NCBI GenBank assembly: GCA_009694835.1
Contig: SICC01000002.1
Span: 1 to 42,796, forward strand
Reading direction: 5' to 3'
From: Patescibacteria group bacterium
Lineage (GTDB): Bacteria; Patescibacteriota; SICC01
Length of the DNA stretch: 42,796 bases
Of the stretch, positions 17,287-27,086 are shown in pieces; the stretch's first letter is position 1; each line of letters begins with the position of its first letter. The notes beneath the pieces are model-generated. The model did no database searches, was not told where the DNA came from, and saw only the letters and a list, made by a program, of their open reading frames with translations. The position numbers and the translations under genes were made by a program.

Positions 17287-19168
17287 GATAAAGACGGCCC
17301 GCCTAGGTTTATTTAAGGTGCTACCAGATCGTTTATCGGCAGCGGATAAAAGGCTTCTAGAGGGGGCAATCGCACTTGCTGAAAAGGGACATGAAGGTCA
17401 GCGCCGCGGAACAGGTGAACCGTATCTCTGTCATCCGTTAGCAGTGGCTACTATTCTGGCCGAATGGAAACTGGATACCCCAACAATTGTGGCGGCCCTC
17501 CTTCATGACCTACCGGAAGATACTGCCATAACCCTGGAAGAAATTAAGAGCACGTTTAATCCGGAAATTGCTGGATTGGTTGAGTCAGTTACCAAATTGA
17601 GTGCAGTCAGAATTCCCCAAGAAGACATCACCTATGAAGTTGAAAACTTACGTCGGCTTTTTCTGGCTATGGCTCAAGATATCCGCGTGGTGCTATTAAA
17701 GCTGGCTGATCGGCTCCATAACGCCCGAACGATTAATGGCATGGCCGCGGCCAAGCGAGCTCGCTACGGGCGTGAAATTTTAGAAATTTACGCGCCGTTG
17801 GCTGACCGGCTCGGGATGGGAGAAGTTCGCTTTGAGCTATCTGAGATTGGATTTCAGCACGCCGACCCTAAAGCCCACGATTGGACACGAACGCAGGCAC
17901 AGGCCGGTCTGAAGAGGAGTGAACAGTACTTAAACCGCGTAAAGCACGATTTTGTTAAAGCTATTGCCGAGGAAAACATTACGGCCACTATTGATGCTCG
18001 AGCCAAGAACACCTACAGCCTCTACCGAAAGCTAGTTGAAAAACAGCGGGACATTAATCAAATTTACGACCTCCTAGCGATTCGGATTATTGTTGATACG
18101 GTCGAAGATTGTTACCAATGTATGGGAATTATCCACCGTCAGTGGCAACCGTTGCCGCATCGGATCAAGGATTACATTGCGGTCCCTAAGCTGAACGGCT
18201 ACCGCAGCCTACATACGACCGTATTTGGTCCGGACAATAAGTTGCTTGAGGTTCAGTTTCGGACCTGGCAAATGCACGAGGAGGCCGAGCTTGGGGTAGC
18301 TGCTCACTCAATGTATGAGCAGTCTAAGAAATCAGCCATTGCTAGCCCGGAGCATATGGCCGTAATGAAACAGCTCAAGAGTTGGCAGGATGAAATGCAG
18401 GAGTCGGCTGACATTATGCAACGCTTCAAACTTGATCTATTTTCTGACCGCATTTTTGTCTTTACGCCAAAAGGCGCGTTGTATAGCTTGCCGGCTGGAT
18501 CAACCTCAATTGACTTTGCCTACGCTGTTCATACGGAAGTAGGAAATCGGTGCCGTGGTGCCAAGGTTAATGGCGTCATCGTGCCGCTGGATGAAGCTTT
18601 GCATAACGGCGCGGTAGTGGAAATTATGACTCGCACCGACGCCACCCCAAAGCAGGACTGGTTGAATTCCGCCCGAACCGGGCATGCCCGCTCTTCAATC
18701 AAGCGCTACCTCCGGGACCAGACCAGCGGCCACGCCGTTTCAACTGGACGAACCGCCCTCAACAAAGCCTTACAAGCGCACAAGACAACCCTTTCCAAAG
18801 TGCCGGCCGCCAAAATCAATGAGTTAATCGGCGAAACTCATGGTGCCCGAGATCTCGACTCGGTTCTGCGACGGATTGGAGAAGGGACCTTAACGATTCA
18901 GACGGCCGTAAAGCGATTAGGGTTCGCTTCTAAGCCAATGGTCCGCGGTAAACGCACCGCCCGAAGACGTCCGGAAGCTAAGCGAGCCTATGTTGATGGT
19001 GAACCGGCCCTCGCGACCAAACTAGCGGCTTGCTGCAAACCGAAGCCAGGAGACCGGATTGTCGGGTACGTTACCGTCGGCCGGGTGATTACCGTTCACG
19101 CCGAGGGATGTACGCACTTAAAACGTTCCGCCGACCCGAGTCGCTTAGTGTCGGTGGCCTGGGCCTGA
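17261..19168 (+). CDS. rel: bifunctional (p)ppGpp synthetase/hydrolase, RelA/SpoT family
   Basis: HD domain (HPLAVATIL..LHDLPEDT), synthetase domain (YRSLHTTV), TGS domain (VFTPKGALYSLPAGSTSIDFAYAVH) and a C-terminal ACT-like domain. Start chosen at ATG 17261, preceded by GGAG, so there is a 26-nt overlap with recJ. Confidence 0.88.
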   Translation: MPRTSVPREIKTARLGLFKVLPDRLSAADKRLLEGAIALAEKGHEGQRRGTGEPYLCHPLAVATILAEWKLDTPTIVAALLHDLPEDTAITLEEIKSTFNPEIAGLVESVTKLSAVRIPQEDITYEVENLRRLFLAMAQDIRVVLLKLADRLHNARTINGMAAAKRARYGREILEIYAPLADRLGMGEVRFELSEIGFQHADPKAHDWTRTQAQAGLKRSEQYLNRVKHDFVKAIAEENITATIDARAKNTYSLYRKLVEKQRDINQIYDLLAIRIIVDTVEDCYQCMGIIHRQWQPLPHRIKDYIAVPKLNGYRSLHTTVFGPDNKLLEVQFRTWQMHEEAELGVAAHSMYEQSKKSAIASPEHMAVMKQLKSWQDEMQESADIMQRFKLDLFSDRIFVFTPKGALYSLPAGSTSIDFAYAVHTEVGNRCRGAKVNGVIVPLDEALHNGAVVEIMTRTDATPKQDWLNSARTGHARSSIKRYLRDQTSGHAVSTGRTALNKALQAHKTTLSKVPAAKINELIGETHGARDLDSVLRRIGEGTLTIQTAVKRLGFASKPMVRGKRTARRRPEAKRAYVDGEPALATKLAACCKPKPGDRIVGYVTVGRVITVHAEGCTHLKRSADPSRLVSVAWA

Positions 19169-19201
19169 TGTGGACTGCGGCGATACGGTAAGCTAGAACA
19201 C

Positions 19202-20527
19202 ATGAGCGACTTAGATACCCCCAGCCAATCAGGTAAACAGTTCCGGGCCCTTCGCGGGATGCGGGATATTCTCCCGGAAGACGCGGCTTTGTACCGGCGT
19301 GTCGAAAATACCCTCTGGGATATTGCTGGCACCCACGGTTTTCAGGAAATTCGTACCCCGGTTTTGGAAGCCACGGAGCTCTTTACTCGGACGGTTGGGG
19401 AGGAAACTGACATCGTCCACAAAGAGATGTACACGTTCGAGGATCGTTCCAATAATCAGGTAACCCTTCGTCCGGAAGGCACAGCGCCAGCCGCTCGAGT
19501 GTATCTGCAACATGGGTTCACCAGCCGTCCACAACCGGTCAAGCTGGCCTATACCGGAAATATGTATCGGTACGAGCGTCCACAAGCTGGTCGTTTTCGA
19601 GAGCACGAGCAATTTGGTCTCGAGGTCTTTGGTTCGGCTGACCCAGCCATGGACGCCCATATCATTACGGTTGTTTGGCAAGCGCTCGAGATGCTCGGAA
19701 TCAAGAACCTAAACGTTCAGGTGAACTCCATCGGTGAAGCTGAGTCAAAGGCGGCGATTCGTGCCGCAGTCGTTAAAGCACTGACTCCAGTGAGTGATCA
19801 ATTAAGTGAAGATGCCAAACGACAGCTCGTAGAAAATCCAATGCGGGTACTCGATTCTAAAGACCCGGACGTACAAAAACTACTCGAAAAAGTTCCGCCG
19901 TTAATCGATGAACTGACTGACGACGATCGCCAGCACTTTACGTCGGTGCTCGAATTTCTTGACCAGGGTAACGTGTCGTACGAATTGAACCCAAGGTTAG
20001 TTCGAGGGCTCGACTACTACACCCGGACGGTGTTTGAAGTATGGGGTGAAGCTGGCGGTCAATCATCCTTAGTGGCTGGCGGGCGATATGACGGACTAGT
20101 CAAAACCATTGGCGGCCCAGACACCCCAGCGGTCGGATGTGGCATGGGCGTCGACCGAATCGTCGAGGCTTTGAAGGCGGGCGGACAGGAGTCTGCAGCC
20201 AAAACACCTCAAGTCCTCATCGTTCAGCTAGGAGATGAAGCTAAACAAATTGCCTTCGATCTGGTCGACCAGCTTACGCGCAAGAACATTTCAGCCATGG
20301 CCGCGCTTGGTAAAGATGGTTTGCGCGACCAGCTGAAGCAGGCAGACAAGCTCGGTGTACCGTTGGCGCTCATTTTAGGTCAAAAGGAGGTACTGGAAAA
20401 AAGCATCATTATTCGCGACATGACCTCCGGAATGCAGGAAACTGTCCCCCTCAAGGAAGCGGCCGCCGAGGTAAAACGACGACTGCCGAGCGATGTGAAA
20501 TCCGGCAAGGATTCTAGTACGCGCTAG
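19202..20527 (+). CDS. hisS: histidine--tRNA ligase
   Basis: 441 aa. Contains GMRDILPED, class II motifs (MYRYERPQAGRFREHEQ; GGGRYDGL) and an anticodon-binding C-terminus. Confidence 0.95.
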   Translation: MSDLDTPSQSGKQFRALRGMRDILPEDAALYRRVENTLWDIAGTHGFQEIRTPVLEATELFTRTVGEETDIVHKEMYTFEDRSNNQVTLRPEGTAPAARVYLQHGFTSRPQPVKLAYTGNMYRYERPQAGRFREHEQFGLEVFGSADPAMDAHIITVVWQALEMLGIKNLNVQVNSIGEAESKAAIRAAVVKALTPVSDQLSEDAKRQLVENPMRVLDSKDPDVQKLLEKVPPLIDELTDDDRQHFTSVLEFLDQGNVSYELNPRLVRGLDYYTRTVFEVWGEAGGQSSLVAGGRYDGLVKTIGGPDTPAVGCGMGVDRIVEALKAGGQESAAKTPQVLIVQLGDEAKQIAFDLVDQLTRKNISAMAALGKDGLRDQLKQADKLGVPLALILGQKEVLEKSIIIRDMTSGMQETVPLKEAAAEVKRRLPSDVKSGKDSSTR

Positions 20528-20560
20528 AGTCGGGACCGAAGCTACGGTACACTATTTCCG

Positions 20561-20908
20561 ATGGCTGACTGTATTTTTTGTGGAATAGCTGGGAAATCAA
20601 TTCCCGCCAAACTCATTCATGAGGGCAATCAGGTGGTGGCATTTAAGGACACTGAACCGCAGGTGCCAATCCACCTATTAGTTATTCCCAAGCGGCACAT
20701 AGCCGACCTTAAGGAGTTGACTGAGCAAGACGCAGCCTTAGCTGGTCACCTTCTCCTCGTCGCGCAGCACCTCGGTGCCGAGTATGATACGAAAGGACAC
20801 GGTTTCCGTGTCGTCGCCAATAGTGGTCCGCAGGCGGAGATTCCACATCTTCACCTTCATGTGCTGGGAGGCCAGCCGACACTCGGACCGCTTACGGGAG
20901 GTGAGTGA
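20561..20908 (+). CDS. HIT-family nucleotide hydrolase/transferase
   Basis: 115 aa. Contains CIFCGI and the histidine triad HLHLHVLGG. Confidence 0.9.
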   Translation: MADCIFCGIAGKSIPAKLIHEGNQVVAFKDTEPQVPIHLLVIPKRHIADLKELTEQDAALAGHLLLVAQHLGAEYDTKGHGFRVVANSGPQAEIPHLHLHVLGGQPTLGPLTGGE

Positions 20909-21119
20909 ACTGACACAAGTACAACGAAAAGATAACGAGTCAACAGAGAACTTAATTCGCCGGTTTAATCGGAAGGTTATTCAGAGTGGGGTGCTTTCAG
21001 CTGCCCGCAAGAATCGCTTTCACCAAAAGGATCCAAACCGACGCGCTCGCCGCACCGAAGCCCTTCGCCAAGAGAAGCGCCGCCAAGTGCGCGCTAAAAA
21101 GATGGGATGGTTCTCGTGA
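20901..21119 (+). CDS. rpsU: 30S ribosomal protein S21
   Basis: The C-terminal 72 codons of track ORF 20775..21119 read VQRKDNESTENLIRRFNRKV...RK.., which is S21-like. The start is uncertain: GTG 20901 directly abuts a GGGAGG, and CTG 20910 would have better spacing. Confidence 0.75.
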   Translation: MSELTQVQRKDNESTENLIRRFNRKVIQSGVLSAARKNRFHQKDPNRRARRTEALRQEKRRQVRAKKMGWFS

Positions 21120-21553
21120 CCCTAATCGATCAGATTGACGCTGACTTGAAGGCAGCCATGAAAGCCAAGACCGAGCCGAATCGGACGGTGTTGCGTTCCT
21201 TGGTGGCCGCCCTGAAGAATGAACAGATTGCGACTGGCGGCGATTTGGATGAAGCCAAGCAAGTGGCGGTTGTTCAGAAGCAGCTGAAACAGCGCGAAGA
21301 AGCCGCCGCCGCCCTCGAAAGCCGCCCAGAAATGGCGCAGAACGAGCAGGCCGAGGCTACCATTATTAAAAAGTACCTGCCAGAAATGATGTCGGAAGCA
21401 GATGTTAAAGCGGCCGTGACTGACGCCATCAAAGAAACCGGGGCTTCTGGCCCAGCTCAAATTGGCCAAATCATGGGAGCCTTAAAAGGGAAACTAGCCG
21501 GTAAGGCAGATATGGGCGCGGTATCAGCTGAGGTCAAACGCCAGCTCGAATGA
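21107..21553 (+). CDS. yqeY: GatB/YqeY domain protein
   Basis: 148 aa. Contains IDADLKAAMKAK....LRSLVAALKNE. The rpsU-yqeY order matches Bacillus. Alternative start at GTG 21116. Confidence 0.85.
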   Translation: MVLVTLIDQIDADLKAAMKAKTEPNRTVLRSLVAALKNEQIATGGDLDEAKQVAVVQKQLKQREEAAAALESRPEMAQNEQAEATIIKKYLPEMMSEADVKAAVTDAIKETGASGPAQIGQIMGALKGKLAGKADMGAVSAEVKRQLE

Positions 21554-23589
21554 GAAAGCGTTTACTCCGCTTTCAGAATATTTTCCTGGTCGCCGTCTTG
21601 GCGATTCTTTTAACCTTGTTTATTACTCAGCCGACCGGTGCGGGCGTTCGGGCTAATCCGGGGGAAGTGGCTCCACAAACGTATAAAGCGCCCCGAACGG
21701 TAACCTACAAGAGCGATTTGAAGACCACCGAGGCTGAACAGAAGGCCGGTGATCAAGCACCGGTAACCTACCGAAAAGACGTTACGGCGGCGTCACAGCA
21801 AGACGGAAAGCTTTCGGCTACGGTTACCGCTATCAATGGATTGCGAGCTGATCCAGCTCCGCTACCAGATCGGGCTAATCGACTCCAGCAGGTGGTGCCA
21901 AACTTGTCGACCACTCAGGCTGAAAACCTCCTAAAGCTCAGCGATACCGAGTGGACGCAAGTTCAAGCGGTAACTGGAGACGCTTTAAAGCGGCTGCAGG
22001 CCACTCAGGTCAAGCAGGACGACCTTACCAAAGCCGAGCAGCTGATTTCCGCACAGGTTACTCCTAACCTGGCTCGCCCGGTGCGCGACCAGGTGGTTCT
22101 GCTCGGTCAGCGCCTGCTCATTCCGAACTATGTCGTCGATAACGACGCCACGGAGGCAGCTAAAAACACCGCCAAGGGCGCGGTCGAACCAGTGCGCTAC
22201 ACCGTTGAGCGCGACCAGGTGATCGCCTACCGCGGCCAAGTACTCTCTGACTTCGATGTCGAACGGCTGGCGGCCGTTGGTCTGACTCGACCAGACTTTG
22301 ATTGGCAGAAAACGCTGGGAATCTTCCTATTGGTGATCGTCTTTACGTCATTCCTAATATTGATTACTCCAACACTGGCTAACCGCATGCCGCGACCACG
22401 GCGAATGTTGGCCTTCCTGTCTGGTTTAGCGGTACTGGTCGTCTTAGTTGGTGTGTTAGTAGTACCAAGCCAGCCAATTCTGGCCTACGTTACGCCGATC
22501 GCAGCTACCGCCATGCTGGTATCCATTTTCTATGGACTGCGCGCCGCCCTAGTAGCTGGTGTCTGTATTACCGCCCTGTTCGCGTTAGCGGCTGGCGGCT
22601 CGTTCGAACTCTTCTTTATCCATCTCGCGGCTTCGGTTGGGATAGTCGTATTTATGGCTCGTGTCACTGACACGAGGGGATTCCTTATGGCGGGAGCAGT
22701 CGGAGCGGGAATCGTCTTTATAACCATGACCGCGTTTTCACTACTGGCCGCCAACTTCGACCTGGCGAACGTTCCGAAGTTTGCCTTGGCAGCGGCCTTG
22801 AACGGTGCACTGCTGGCGACGTTCGTGTTTGCTGGTGCAGCCTTTTTGGGCGGTCCGCTCGGGACACTGACCTTCCTCCAACTACTCGAACTTGAAAGTC
22901 CGCGGCGGTTATTATTACGGCGCCTAGCCGCGGAAGCCCCCGGAACCTACTCACACAGCGTGCGTATGGCCACCCTGGTTGAAAGTGTCGCCAAGCAAGT
23001 CGGGGCCGACCCACTGCTGGCACGGGTGATGGCCCTCTATCACGACATCGGAAAGCTTTCGCTGCCAGAATACTTTATAGAGAACCAGGGTGAGGCAGCT
23101 AATCCCCACAAGGATTTATCTCCAAAAGAGAGTGCGGAGTTACTTCGAGCTCACATCTCGGAGGGACTAGTGCTGGCTCGTGAGGCTGGAGTCCCCGAGG
23201 CGGTCGCGGCCGCTATTCCAGAGCACCACGGCACGACGCTAATGGCGTTCTTTTGGCAGGAGGCCAGAAAGCGTAGTAAACGTGCCAAGGAAGAAGATTT
23301 CCGCTACATCGGACCGAAGCCGCAGAGCAAAGAAACCGCCTTGGTGATGATGGCTGACGCTGTCGAGGCGGCCTCGCGCACCGTTCCAGGACACGATGAG
23401 GCTAAGCTGCGGACGTTGGTACGAGGGGTCTTCAACGACCGAATTACTGATGGCCAACTGAATAACGCCCCACTGACCGCCAGAGAATTAGCCCGCATGC
23501 AAGACGCTTTTGTGGCTACTATCATGACTGACCGACATAAGCGTATTAAGTACCCGGCTAAGGAGACTACAGCCGATGCTCGAAATTGA
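21550..23589 (+). CDS. pgpH: 7TM-receptor/HD-domain phosphohydrolase (PgpH/YqfF-like)
   Basis: 679 aa. Extracellular N-terminal domain, a 7-TM block, then an HD domain (HSVRMA..YHDIGK..PEHHG). Confidence 0.85.
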   Translation: MRKRLLRFQNIFLVAVLAILLTLFITQPTGAGVRANPGEVAPQTYKAPRTVTYKSDLKTTEAEQKAGDQAPVTYRKDVTAASQQDGKLSATVTAINGLRADPAPLPDRANRLQQVVPNLSTTQAENLLKLSDTEWTQVQAVTGDALKRLQATQVKQDDLTKAEQLISAQVTPNLARPVRDQVVLLGQRLLIPNYVVDNDATEAAKNTAKGAVEPVRYTVERDQVIAYRGQVLSDFDVERLAAVGLTRPDFDWQKTLGIFLLVIVFTSFLILITPTLANRMPRPRRMLAFLSGLAVLVVLVGVLVVPSQPILAYVTPIAATAMLVSIFYGLRAALVAGVCITALFALAAGGSFELFFIHLAASVGIVVFMARVTDTRGFLMAGAVGAGIVFITMTAFSLLAANFDLANVPKFALAAALNGALLATFVFAGAAFLGGPLGTLTFLQLLELESPRRLLLRRLAAEAPGTYSHSVRMATLVESVAKQVGADPLLARVMALYHDIGKLSLPEYFIENQGEAANPHKDLSPKESAELLRAHISEGLVLAREAGVPEAVAAAIPEHHGTTLMAFFWQEARKRSKRAKEEDFRYIGPKPQSKETALVMMADAVEAASRTVPGHDEAKLRTLVRGVFNDRITDGQLNNAPLTARELARMQDAFVATIMTDRHKRIKYPAKETTADARN

Positions 23590-23989
23590 GGTCGATCAAA
23601 CCGCCCCAAACCCGGCTCGACTGACGGGATTAATTCAGGCTACCGCTAAAGCTGAAGGAAAGCACCCTTCTAGAGTATCGGTCGAATTTGTTTCACCGGA
23701 AGCCATCGCTGACCTTAATCGAAAATACCGTGAGAAGTCACAACCGACGGACGTACTCAGTTTTCCGTTCGATGGATCGTTTCCGCAAGGAAGTGGCGGG
23801 CAGATCATTATTTGCCGTGAAGAAGCTACTAAAGGGGCCGCCACTCATGGACGTTTGTTAGATGAAGAACTGGAACGCTTGGTGATTCACGGCATGCTGC
23901 ATTTACTCGGCTACACTGATGACACACCGGAGGAATTAGCCGCCATGGAACAGAAAACAGATAGAATCATCGAGGAATATCGTGGTTAA
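23576..23989 (+). CDS. ybeY: rRNA maturation endoribonuclease YbeY
   Basis: 137 aa. Contains HGMLHLLGYTD. Confidence 0.92.
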   Translation: MLEIEVDQTAPNPARLTGLIQATAKAEGKHPSRVSVEFVSPEAIADLNRKYREKSQPTDVLSFPFDGSFPQGSGGQIIICREEATKGAATHGRLLDEELERLVIHGMLHLLGYTDDTPEELAAMEQKTDRIIEEYRG

Positions 23990-24359
23990 AGACTTTGACC
24001 CACGCCGCGTACCAAGTAGCTTTCGCTACGCCGCCCGTGGATTCTGGCACGTCATCAGGACCGAACAGAACCTGCGAATTCACGTTGCGGCGGCGGTTAT
24101 CGTCATTATCCTAGCCCTCTACTTTAACGTTTCCGGACTCGAGCTAGCCGTATTACTACTCGCTATTGGACTCGTCTTAGTGACTGAAGTATTCAATACC
24201 GTGGCCGAAGATTTTCTCGATATCATCCATCCAGCCAGTCATCCCACCGTTCGACGCATCAAGGACGCCCTAGCCGGTGCGGTTCTGGTAATGGCGCTGG
24301 TGGCACTTGGTGTCGGTGTGCTGATATTCCTGCCGCACCTGCTTGCGAGGCTCGACTGA
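23982..24359 (+). CDS. dgkA: diacylglycerol/undecaprenol kinase family protein
   Basis: 125 aa, GTG start, three TM helices. N-terminus is DgkA-like (FRYAARGFWHVIRTEQNLRIH). The pgpH-ybeY-dgkA order matches Bacillus. Confidence 0.85.
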   Translation: MVKDFDPRRVPSSFRYAARGFWHVIRTEQNLRIHVAAAVIVIILALYFNVSGLELAVLLLAIGLVLVTEVFNTVAEDFLDIIHPASHPTVRRIKDALAGAVLVMALVALGVGVLIFLPHLLARLD

Positions 24360-24414
24360 GTCGGTAAAGTGGACAGCAGGAACCACCTTCCGTTTATCAC
24401 ACTAATACACATTT

Positions 24415-25656
24415 ATGGCTAGCGAACACATCGTCGTCGGACTCGACGTCGGGACACAATTTGTCCGGACGGTTGTTGGGCAACGGGTTGAGGATGAGCC
24501 TGAACCGTTGATTCTCGGTGTCGGACTGACTCCCTCGGCCGGCCTGCGGCGCGGAATCGTGGTTGATGTCGAAGAGACGGTCAAAGCCATTACGGCCGCT
24601 ATCGAAGAAGCCGAGCGTATTTCCGGTGTCTCGGTCGGCAATGCCTTTGTAAATATTTCCGGTAACCATATCGAATCGCAGAATTCGCGTGGGGTGGTAG
24701 CGGTCTCACGAGCTGATTCTGAAATCGGGGCAGAAGATGTCGCCAGAGCAATTGAAGCCGCCAAGGCGGTAGCCGTGCCCGCTAACAAGGAAATTATCCA
24801 TGTCTTGCCGCGAGAATATATTGTGGACGGCCAGGAGGGCATTAAGGATCCAATCGGGATGAACGGTATTCGCTTAGAGGTTGAGGCGCACGTTATCTCC
24901 GCGGCCTCACCGCAGATAAAGAACGTTACCAAGTGCGTGTACCAATCCGGCGTCGAAGTCGACGACCTGGTCTTTTCTGGACTAACTTCGTCACGCGGGG
25001 TGCTCTCGCGGCGACAGAAAGAACTGGGGGTCATTCAGCTCGACATTGGGGCTGGGGTGACTGACCTAACTATTTACGAGGAAGGGGATGTTCTTCACTC
25101 GGCGGTTATTCCGGTTGGTGGTTCACATCTCACTAACGATCTGGCTATTGGTCTTCGGACTGATACAGACATTGCCGAGCGAGTGAAGCTCGAATACGGT
25201 AGTGCCGTCCCGAAAGACATCAAGAGTAAAGAGTCAGTTGACCTCGCCAGCCTGGCTCGCGGCGACGAACACCAAGTTAGTAAGAAACTCATTGCTGAAA
25301 TCATCGAGGCTCGCATCGCGGAGATCCTGGCCTTAGTGCAAAAGGAATTGAAGAAGATTGATCGTGACGGAAAGCTTCCAGCCGGGGTTGTCCTCACTGG
25401 CGGCACTGCCAAGTTACCTGGTTTAGTTGATGCAACTAAGAACATTCTCGGATTACCGGCTCAGGTCGGGTTTCCGTCAGAGCTTAAGGGGATGGCCGAA
25501 AAGATTGATGATCCTTCCTTTGCAACCTCAATTGGCCTGATGCTATGGGGCTTTGATCAAGGTGAATCAAATCGAACAAGCAAACGGTTCGGTAACTTGC
25601 CAGGCTCCCAGTACCTTGATAAGGTACGAGGTGTTGTCAAGCAATTCTTGCCGTAG
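24415..25656 (+). CDS. ftsA: cell division protein FtsA
   Basis: 413 aa. Actin-fold motifs VGLDVGT and DIGAGVTD. Confidence 0.93.
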   Translation: MASEHIVVGLDVGTQFVRTVVGQRVEDEPEPLILGVGLTPSAGLRRGIVVDVEETVKAITAAIEEAERISGVSVGNAFVNISGNHIESQNSRGVVAVSRADSEIGAEDVARAIEAAKAVAVPANKEIIHVLPREYIVDGQEGIKDPIGMNGIRLEVEAHVISAASPQIKNVTKCVYQSGVEVDDLVFSGLTSSRGVLSRRQKELGVIQLDIGAGVTDLTIYEEGDVLHSAVIPVGGSHLTNDLAIGLRTDTDIAERVKLEYGSAVPKDIKSKESVDLASLARGDEHQVSKKLIAEIIEARIAEILALVQKELKKIDRDGKLPAGVVLTGGTAKLPGLVDATKNILGLPAQVGFPSELKGMAEKIDDPSFATSIGLMLWGFDQGESNRTSKRFGNLPGSQYLDKVRGVVKQFLP

Positions 25657-25704
25657 TAAACTTATTCGCTACCCCGCAAGATAACCAATGAGGAGCTAGG
25701 ATAT

Positions 25705-26811
25705 ATGGAAGTAAAGCCGGAAATTGAAACTTTCGCGCGTATTAAAGTCGTCGGCGTCGGCGGCTCTGGTTGCTCGTCTATCGAGCGCATGCTGAAGTCC
25801 CACATGCGGGGCATTGAATTTATAGCGATCAACTCAGATGCTCAGGCGCTGCATAATTCGAATGCTCCTTTGAAGATTCATATTGGTAAAGAAACCACAC
25901 GTGGCCTTGGAGCTGGTGCTGATCCAGAACTCGGCCGTAAGGCGGCCGAAGAGGATCGCGGCGAGGTTGCTGAAGCCCTCCGTGGAGCGGACATGATTTT
26001 CATCACCTACGGTGCCGGTGGTGGTACCGGAACCGGGGCCGCCCCGCTGATTGCCGATATTGCCCGAGAGGTCGGTGCCCTCACGGTTGGTGTGGTCACG
26101 CGTCCGTTCGCCTTCGAAGGTCAACGCCGACGCCGCGTGGCTGACACGGGGATTGAAGAGATTAAGGACAGGGTCGACACCCTGATTACCATTCCGAACG
26201 ACCGCCTCTTACAGGTAGTCGACAAAAAAACCTCAATGGTGGACGCTTTCTCCGTAGTTGATGATGTCTGTCGCCAAGGTGTCCAGGGAATCTCTGATCT
26301 GATTACCCAACACGGAATGATCAACGTCGACTTCGCAGACGTTAAAGCCATTATGACCAACGCCGGTAGTGCCCTGATGGGTATCGGCCATGGTACTGGT
26401 GAAAACCGAGCGATTGAAGCGGCTACCAGCGCGATTGATTCGCCACTCTTGGAGCTCTCAATCGACGGAGCCCGAGGCTTACTATTCAATATTACGGGTG
26501 GTAACGACCTCACCATGCACGAGATTGATGAGGCTGCTAAGGTCATCACTGACGCTGCTGATCCGGATGCGAATGTTATCTTCGGGGCGGTTATTGATGA
26601 GGAACTAGCTGGGGAGATCAAGATCACGGTCATCGCCACCGGATTCGCCGGTGAGGCTAAGAAGCCAGCCCCCACCCAAGCTACTGACGAATCAACCGAC
26701 GCTCCACTCGCTGGAGACCCAGAACCAGTAGTTAGCGAAGACACGGTCAGCGAAGAAGCCTCTTCGGAAGAGCTTGATGTCCCGGCGTTCATTCGCCGAA
26801 AAATGGGCTGA
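25705..26811 (+). CDS. ftsZ: cell division GTPase FtsZ
   Basis: 368 aa. Contains the tubulin signature [13 protein letters not shown] and the C-terminal peptide [14 protein letters not shown] lies upstream. Confidence 0.97.
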   Translation: MEVKPEIETFARIKVVGVGGSGCSSIERMLKSHMRGIEFIAINSDAQALHNSNAPLKIHIGKETTRGLGAGADPELGRKAAEEDRGEVAEALRGADMIFITYGAGGGTGTGAAPLIADIAREVGALTVGVVTRPFAFEGQRRRRVADTGIEEIKDRVDTLITIPNDRLLQVVDKKTSMVDAFSVVDDVCRQGVQGISDLITQHGMINVDFADVKAIMTNAGSALMGIGHGTGENRAIEAATSAIDSPLLELSIDGARGLLFNITGGNDLTMHEIDEAAKVITDAADPDANVIFGAVIDEELAGEIKITVIATGFAGEAKKPAPTQATDESTDAPLAGDPEPVVSEDTVSEEASSEELDVPAFIRRKMG

Positions 26812-26833
26812 TTTTCTACTAACGACTTTGAAA

Positions 26834-26863
26834 AAGACGGTGGCCACACGGTCGCCGTCTTTT
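26834..26863 (+). terminator. intrinsic terminator after ftsZ
   Basis: AAGACGGTGGCC-acac-GGTCGCCGTCTT, a 12-bp stem including 2 G-U pairs, running into TTTT. Confidence 0.7.
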
Positions 26864-27029
26864 AGTTGTGATCTTTATTTCGAAAGATCCGCAGTAATAG
26901 GCTCCAAAGATATTGATCAGAAAGCCGATTATTATTGTCCACTTGTTCAACTAGGCACGAAAACTAGTGGTGTGATTCAGGTGCAAAACGCACAACCAAC
27001 CTGCACGAACAAACTCCGCCTCTAAGGGG

Positions 27030-27059
27030 TTGACACATACAAAATCTAGTAGATAGAGT
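27030..27059 (+). promoter_or_regulatory. candidate promoter of the nrdR-nrdJ operon
   Basis: TTGACA (27030-27035), 18 nt, TAGAGT (27054-27059). Confidence 0.45.
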
Positions 27060-27086
27060 AGGGAGGTGACCCAAGATGTTGTAGGT
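27042..27086 (+). promoter_or_regulatory. candidate tandem operator (NrdR-box-like) over the nrdR promoter/leader
   Basis: AAATCTAGTAGAT (27042-27054) and AGATGTTGTAGGT (27074-27086) share 9 of 13 positions. They are spaced 32 bp apart, the spacing reported for paired NrdR boxes. The match to the published box consensus is weak by eye. Confidence 0.3.

Noticed and set aside
20775-20900. 42-codon N-terminal extension of the S21 ORF
   Set aside because: It lies inside the HIT gene in another frame, and S21 homology starts only at about 20901.
24402-25034. 210-aa ORF on the minus strand
   Set aside because: It is antisense to ftsA, has S/T/P/A-rich low-complexity composition and no start context. 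It is a shadow ORF.
26121-26849. 242-aa ORF on the minus strand
   Set aside because: It lies entirely antisense to ftsZ, whose identity is unambiguous. The translation is low-complexity S/A/P-rich, typical of a shadow ORF.
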